Shown here: piece after piece, positions 48,402 to 52,555 of the stretch
Position numbering within the stretch: position 1 is the first letter of the stretch
Layout: each line of letters starts with the position of its first letter
Assembly (NCBI GenBank): GCA_963754945.1
Contig: CAVWIG010000008.1
Span: 1-52,555 of the forward strand
Direction: 5' to 3'
DNA: 52,555 nt
Origin: Methanotrichaceae archaeon
Lineage (GTDB): Archaea; Halobacteriota; Methanosarcinia; Methanotrichales; Methanotrichaceae
Made by a program: the position numbers and the translations under genes
Notes under the pieces: generated by a model
The model's input: only the letters and a program-made list of their open reading frames with translations
Told to the model about the DNA's origin: nothing
The model's database searches: none

Positions 48402-49184
48402 TTATATCATCTCCAAAGTCAATTGTTTTTGTTGTTCAACATGCTCAACTTCTAATTGCAACGACCCTTTCCTTGCCTTGTTTGATTCTCGTTTATTCCA
48501 GATCGTTGCTTGCTCGTCGACGTAGATCCAGCCGCGTCTCCGACAGAGATCTTCCATCTCCTGCCGGTGACCATAGATTACGAACTTGATAGCGTCCGTA
48601 CCTGCTTGTGATTCTGCTAAAGAAGCCTGATCCATTATGCTCTGTAGCGAACTGCTCTTCTCGATCCTGGTCGCATATGCTTTCCAGCCCAAAGGAACGC
48701 CCAGAAGATTGATGTCCCACCACTTCGGAGCTACGTTGAGATCGACCCAGCATCGCATTCCACGCTCTTGCCAATACCTTGACAAGAACCGCTTTTTGCC
48801 TATCTGCTCCAGAGCTCTCCAACGAGGCTGGGAGTTCGAAGTCGAGAAGTTGACCTCCACAAACGAAGGAGCTCCACTTTGCCATACTCGATCAGGCTTA
48901 TTCCAGACCGCTGCAAAGCGATAATCGTCCGTGTAGAAGTGGATAGTTCTGCCCCGAAAATCCCCAGTTCGGCGAACAGATCCCCAGGCCAGAGGATAAT
49001 CAAAGAAATCCCCCTGCCTGTCTACGAGGAGATCAGCAACCCCCTCGGTGTTTGATGCTGGAAATATACAATCAGGAACTGCGTCCATTGACATTGACAT
49101 AGACCTCTCAAAATAAGGAGACCGGACAAGGCTCTTCAAGTTCGAACTTTCAAATACTCGGCCCAACTCCTTCGCAATGCTCAC
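48402..49184 (-). CDS. DUF4417-like phage protein
   Basis: HFYTDDYRF...W..P, NFS, SRYWQERG; start uncertain (49184 or ~49088). Confidence 0.7.
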   Translation of the reverse strand: MSIAKELGRVFESSNLKSLVRSPYFERSMSMSMDAVPDCIFPASNTEGVADLLVDRQGDFFDYPLAWGSVRRTGDFRGRTIHFYTDDYRFAAVWNKPDRVWQSGAPSFVEVNFSTSNSQPRWRALEQIGKKRFLSRYWQERGMRCWVDLNVAPKWWDINLLGVPLGWKAYATRIEKSSSLQSIMDQASLAESQAGTDAIKFVIYGHRQEMEDLCRRRGWIYVDEQATIWNKRESNKARKGSLQLEVEHVEQQKQLTLEMI

Positions 49185-49364
49185 GTCTCTCCTCCATTTT
49201 TGCAAACGCCTTCTCTAGCATCTCTTTAAATGCCGGGTCCCATCGGACGTTAGGATCGCGGCCATGGGCACGCCAGAGGGCGTAATCAGCAAGATCATCA
49301 ATAATAGGGGCACTATTTCTAGCGCAGCTACGCGGCGGTTGAGTGCAACAGCAACAGCACTCAT
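49150..49364 (-). pseudogene. Small protein, N-terminal LNRRVAALE heptad, probably frameshifted near 49317
   Basis: MSAVAVALNRRVAALE then NSAPIIDDLADYALW... in a shifted frame. Confidence 0.45.
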
Positions 49365-49519
49365 AGCCTGACCTCGTCCAACCAGCGTAATTGAATATGG
49401 ATCGCGTTCGGGTCCAACGGCTCCGGGTCGTCATCATACCAACGCAAGCGGATCTTCGGTGGTTCTTCTTGCTGACTTTCGAGGTTTTCCAGCCGCCTAC
49501 TCAAAGAATCCGTTTTCAT
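49361..49519 (-). CDS. 52 aa protein MKTDSLSRRLENLE... (not in ORF track)
   Basis: ATGA overlaps at both ends; first 10 aa identical to the upstream ORF. Confidence 0.65.
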   Translation of the reverse strand: MKTDSLSRRLENLESQQEEPPKIRLRWYDDDPEPLDPNAIHIQLRWLDEVRL

Positions 49520-49698
49520 TTCTCATCAATCCATTCAAATTTGAACATCTCATAACTACTACGAGGGATCCGGCGCTCGATCAATGGTCCGGCTGGTGTG
49601 CCATCCTCATGCAGCCACTGATGAGCAACCTGGACCGTATCCTGCTCTGGATCTTCCTCCAGTGCCGAGAGTCGCCGGGAAAGGCTATCTGTTTTCAT
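49516..49698 (-). CDS. Small protein MKTDSLSRRLSALE...
   Basis: Coupled ORF with shared heptad. Confidence 0.65.
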   Translation of the reverse strand: MKTDSLSRRLSALEEDPEQDTVQVAHQWLHEDGTPAGPLIERRIPRSSYEMFKFEWIDEK

Positions 49699-49700
49699 TG

Positions 49701-49979
49701 TCACTCCGAGGCAGCGATGCCGGTCTCTTGGTCTTCAAAGTCTTCACAATATTCTTGGTAGCGGGCCAGCCTTGCGTCTCGGGCGAATCTGGCATCTCTT
49801 TCGGCCTTTCTTTCTGGTGTCCCAGTGCATTCCCATGGCCTTGTGTCATCGAAATAGCTGGCATATCTTGCAAGACGCTTGTTCGGATTGCAGTCATGGG
49901 GTGGCCATCGATCGCCGGAAACGCGGCTTTGCGTGGCCTCCAGCGCCTCGATGCGTTTCTCTAAATGCAGGGTCCTCAT
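49701..49979 (-). CDS. Small protein MRTLHLEKRIEALE...
   Basis: ATGA overlap; shared heptad. Confidence 0.65.
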   Translation of the reverse strand: MRTLHLEKRIEALEATQSRVSGDRWPPHDCNPNKRLARYASYFDDTRPWECTGTPERKAERDARFARDARLARYQEYCEDFEDQETGIAASE

Positions 49980-50212
49980 TTCTTGGTCTCCTTCTCTTTC
50001 TCCAAGGTCGTAAGCCTGGCCTCGATGTCCTCTAATTTATTCAATTCATAAGATTTCAACCAAACAGATAATATTTGGCTGATCCTACCCAGATATTCAA
50101 TTTCAGCATCCGGACCGCGTTCTTTCAGATTCCTCAGCAGCCGACGGATGTACTCTTGTGCATCCTCTGGATTATTCAATTTAAGTCGCAGATATCGCTT
50201 CTTTTCGGGCAT
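49976..50212 (-). CDS. Helical protein in the terminase-small-subunit position, C-terminal IEARLTTLE heptad
   Basis: GGCGGTGA RBS; follows the conserved small ORF, as TerS does in element A. Confidence 0.6.
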   Translation of the reverse strand: MPEKKRYLRLKLNNPEDAQEYIRRLLRNLKERGPDAEIEYLGRISQILSVWLKSYELNKLEDIEARLTTLEKEKETKK

Positions 50213-50215
50213 GGT

Positions 50216-50353
50216 TCACCGCCAGCGCTTTTTGAATTCGGGTTGATCCCCGGCTCCCTCGGAGCCGTCGTAGTTTTCCTTCGAGTAGGGTTTCTTCTGT
50301 AGGGTTCGAACTCTTCGCCTTGCGATTTGTAAATGTAAGTTGCCTTTTTTCAT
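50216..50353 (-). CDS. 45 aa basic protein, homolog of 1261-1383 (not in ORF track)
   Basis: MKKGNLHLQIARRRVRTLQKKPYSKENYDG. Confidence 0.55.
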   Translation of the reverse strand: MKKGNLHLQIARRRVRTLQKKPYSKENYDGSEGAGDQPEFKKRWR

Positions 50354-50455
50354 ATGCTGGCCCCCACAATCTCGATCATTCCATTTTTGCTAGAATCTCA
50401 GCCATTCTGCCAACCAATGCGGAATTTAGATGACGGAAATATACAATCAGGAACT

Positions 50456-50791
50456 TCAGACATCCTTACCGCCTCCGCATGCAAGCCAGTTGCCCTTATT
50501 GTCCCGAGGCAGATTTGCCAAGAACTCATCTATCCCTTTTGTTCGATCGATTGGTGGCACTGGCTGAACTGGACGCTCGAACAAGGGTGTCAAAAAGGCA
50601 ATCTCCTCCGAGGTCAGATTTTCAAAAGGCTGATCGCCCGCAAGCGCGTGTTTGATGAAGATTTCGGTCATTTGGTCGAGCTCTGCCCAGCTGAGACCAG
50701 CCAGAAATGCCTTGCAATCGTCGCTGATGGTCTCATGTGAGCCGATCGACAAAGTGACAAGCCGCCTCTCGAAGGCCTTAAGGCTCTTCAT
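50456..50791 (-). CDS. Hypothetical protein with N-terminal FERRLVTL heptad
   Basis: GGAGGT RBS, ATGA overlap. Confidence 0.6.
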   Translation of the reverse strand: MKSLKAFERRLVTLSIGSHETISDDCKAFLAGLSWAELDQMTEIFIKHALAGDQPFENLTSEEIAFLTPLFERPVQPVPPIDRTKGIDEFLANLPRDNKGNWLACGGGKDV

Positions 50792-50976
50792 GTTTTGACC
50801 TCCACAGGGGTGACAACTCCATGTTTTGCTAGAATCTTAGCCAACCAATACGGAATTTCGGCTATATCGCCTCGTGCAATGTCTTTATTTTCCAAAAAAC
50901 CACACTCTATAGCAGCTGAGATTATCTCGTCTGAGGATAGCCCCTCTATAAGCTTCTCGAAATCGGAGGGATTCAT
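50788..50976 (-). CDS. Small protein ending in a GINS B-domain-like segment
   Basis: GDIAEIPYWLAKILAKHGVV. Confidence 0.5.
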   Translation of the reverse strand: MNPSDFEKLIEGLSSDEIISAAIECGFLENKDIARGDIAEIPYWLAKILAKHGVVTPVEVKT

Positions 50977-52293
50977 GCTGCGACCAGCTCCACAATACCG
51001 CGCTTGAGTAAGTCTTCAGCCATCCATCTCTGTAACATGACGGTATCGCCGGCCTCGTAAAGATGGTCTGCATACTTCTTAGGATTGTCCGGATCTGCGA
51101 TTTGAGTCCTGTAATCCTTCAAGAATCGAACCTTTACGAGGTCAGTGGGTTGGGGCTTCTTGGCGTGCTCCTCGGTTTTGCTGGCTAACTCTTCGCCTCG
51201 TTGGTTCGCTAACCTAGAACCGCTATCCTCTGCCTTCTTCGTGGGATAGTTCGCGCTTGGTGCACTGGAAGTTCGCACGGAAGAATCCACACCTGGAGGC
51301 TCTAAGTTCGCAAGTTCGCAAGATTTCGCTGGGTGAGAGAGAGAAAAAGAATTTTCCTTATCCAGATGAGAGGGGTGTACGTTGTTCGTACCTCTCTCTC
51401 TTATATTATTATATTCTACGAACTTACGAACTACATCTTTACCGAACTCGTTTTTGACCTGCGAACTATCCGCGAACTCAGACGAACTATCCGAACAATG
51501 CCGCTTGATATTGGTTTCGTCAGTATCCAAAGAAACCGCTTTACCGTATGCTTTCAGAATATCGTAGTCCTCGGAGAGCCGATAGACTTTCTTTTTCTTG
51601 CTGATCTTAGTATCCCTGTCAACCCATTTCAGTGTTCCTTCGTCTTCCTCTGTCAATGCAGCGCATTTGTGCAACAGTCCATATTTGGCCTGACCATCTC
51701 GACTCCGGCCATTCAAGATATCAGATAATGCACCTTTGGAGAACCCTGTCTTCTCCATTATCATTTCTCGGGTAGCCTCGCCGTGCAAGTCCTTGATAGC
51801 CTGGAGGGTTCGAAGTTCACCAGGGGTGTACTTGGTGTCGCTGTGACCTTTTATGGCATTGAAAAAAGTTTCAGCATCCTTGTAATCTTCATAGCTGGCT
51901 ATCACAGCGCCGTTCTTGCCCTTCTCCCTGGTCTGGTGTCTCCAGATTGCAAAACTGGACACCAAGTCAGCAAAGATTGTAGCTCCTCGGGGATCTCCGT
52001 AGAACTTAATGTGATCAGCAAATGGAATCACCACATCAACGAATACCTGTTTTAACAAGTAGACTATGGCCCTACAAACTTCAATCTCATGAGGGTCGAA
52101 GGTAGCAGCACCGCTTTTCCTCTGCTCGAAAATGAAGTCTATGATTTCCTGGGTGTGCTTTGGGTCCTCTGTGATGTCAATCCTAAGTAGCCTGTCCCTT
52201 ACCTGTTCGTCTGTTTGGGCGTCGGCTGTGGTTATCCAAAATATGATACGGGGAGCTGTCTTGAACTGTTGAATTTCTTGGTCTACAACTACA
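50973..52293 (-). pseudogene. C-terminal part of MCM-like AAA+ replication protein with wHTH and GINS B-domain-like tail; 5' part cut off by IS5
   Basis: ITTAD...DEQVRDR (sensor-1/Arg-finger-like), PRG, ASYEDY; HTH; VKVRFLKDY...YEAGDTVMLQRWMAEDLLKRGIVELV. The ORF-track start 52352 lies inside the IS. Confidence 0.7.
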
Positions 52294-52555
52294 GAGGGTT
52301 TCGATTTAGTGTTGGTTAATGAAGCCTTAAATTCTTGCGTTAATATTTTCAATCTTTATAGTGGTTTTTTAGCATATTTCACCCCTAAATTGGCTTATTA
52401 GATTTCAATTTACCTTGTTGTTTCTAATTTTTGCGCTTTTTTAGAGAGCTTCCGCTAGGCTGTTTGTTTATGCACTAAATATTTCAACTGTTCCAGGTTG
52501 TAAACGACCGAATTCATCATGAATTTTACTCCAGCTCTTGCGACAGTTGTTACAT
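52294..52555 (-). mobile_element. 3' 262 bp of the same IS5 element, inverted
   Basis: Reverse complement of 1-262. Confidence 0.95.

Larger units (their letters stand above)
40985..52293. mobile_element. Integrated element B, inverted relative of element A, integrase deleted; inner boundary approximate
   Basis: Gene-by-gene homology with 263-13796; tape-measure-like and replication genes. Confidence 0.78.

Noticed and set aside
52294-52352. ORF-track N-terminus MKILTQEFKASLTNTKSKP of the 459 aa ORF
   Set aside because: Derived from IS sequence, not the native start; IS-driven expression of the truncated gene is not excluded.
1-52555. 262 bp terminal inverted repeats suggesting a linear plasmid or virus
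   Set aside because: They are the right end of an IS also present internally, and the middle of the window is housekeeping chromosome; most likely assembly breaks at a repeat.
1-52555. CRISPR array or cas genes
   Set aside because: No regularly spaced repeats with unique spacers and no cas motifs seen.

Overview
Contig-like window from a methanogenic archaeon, probably Methanothrix/Methanotrichaceae-like (inferred from comD/comE, RaSEA, an F420 enzyme, PolD DP1 and fibrillarin). A ~27 kb host core (13884-40723: tRNA-Gly(GCC), trxB-like, RaSEA, USP, 2x DUF1646, nikR, flpA, S26 peptidase, PolD DP1, hisS, comDE, ABC components, hisA, a degenerate hisB, guaAB) is flanked by two related integrated elements in mirror-image orientation: A (263-13883) and B (~40985-52293). 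Both share one layout: a divergent RHH repressor, an early operon, a wHTH gene followed by a palindrome-rich non-coding stretch, a cargo slot, and a converging module. That module runs from an MCM-like AAA+/wHTH/GINS-B-domain replication protein through a terminase(-slot) region to a tape-measure-like protein. No portal, capsid or tail-tube gene is visible, so the elements may be archaeal virus satellites or decayed proviruses. Both replication genes are cut by the same IS5-family element, whose 262 bp right end forms both window ends; an intact copy with a TATG target duplication lies at 6749-8033. Other notable items: a tandemly duplicated two-gene module of secreted, beta-repeat, Cys-linker proteins (amyloid/fibre-like) that appears to start at ATC, an array of small coiled-coil-tagged ORFs where element A has its terminase, and a candidate structured ncRNA at the inner border of element B. 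All functional calls come from motif recognition by eye; no searches were run.
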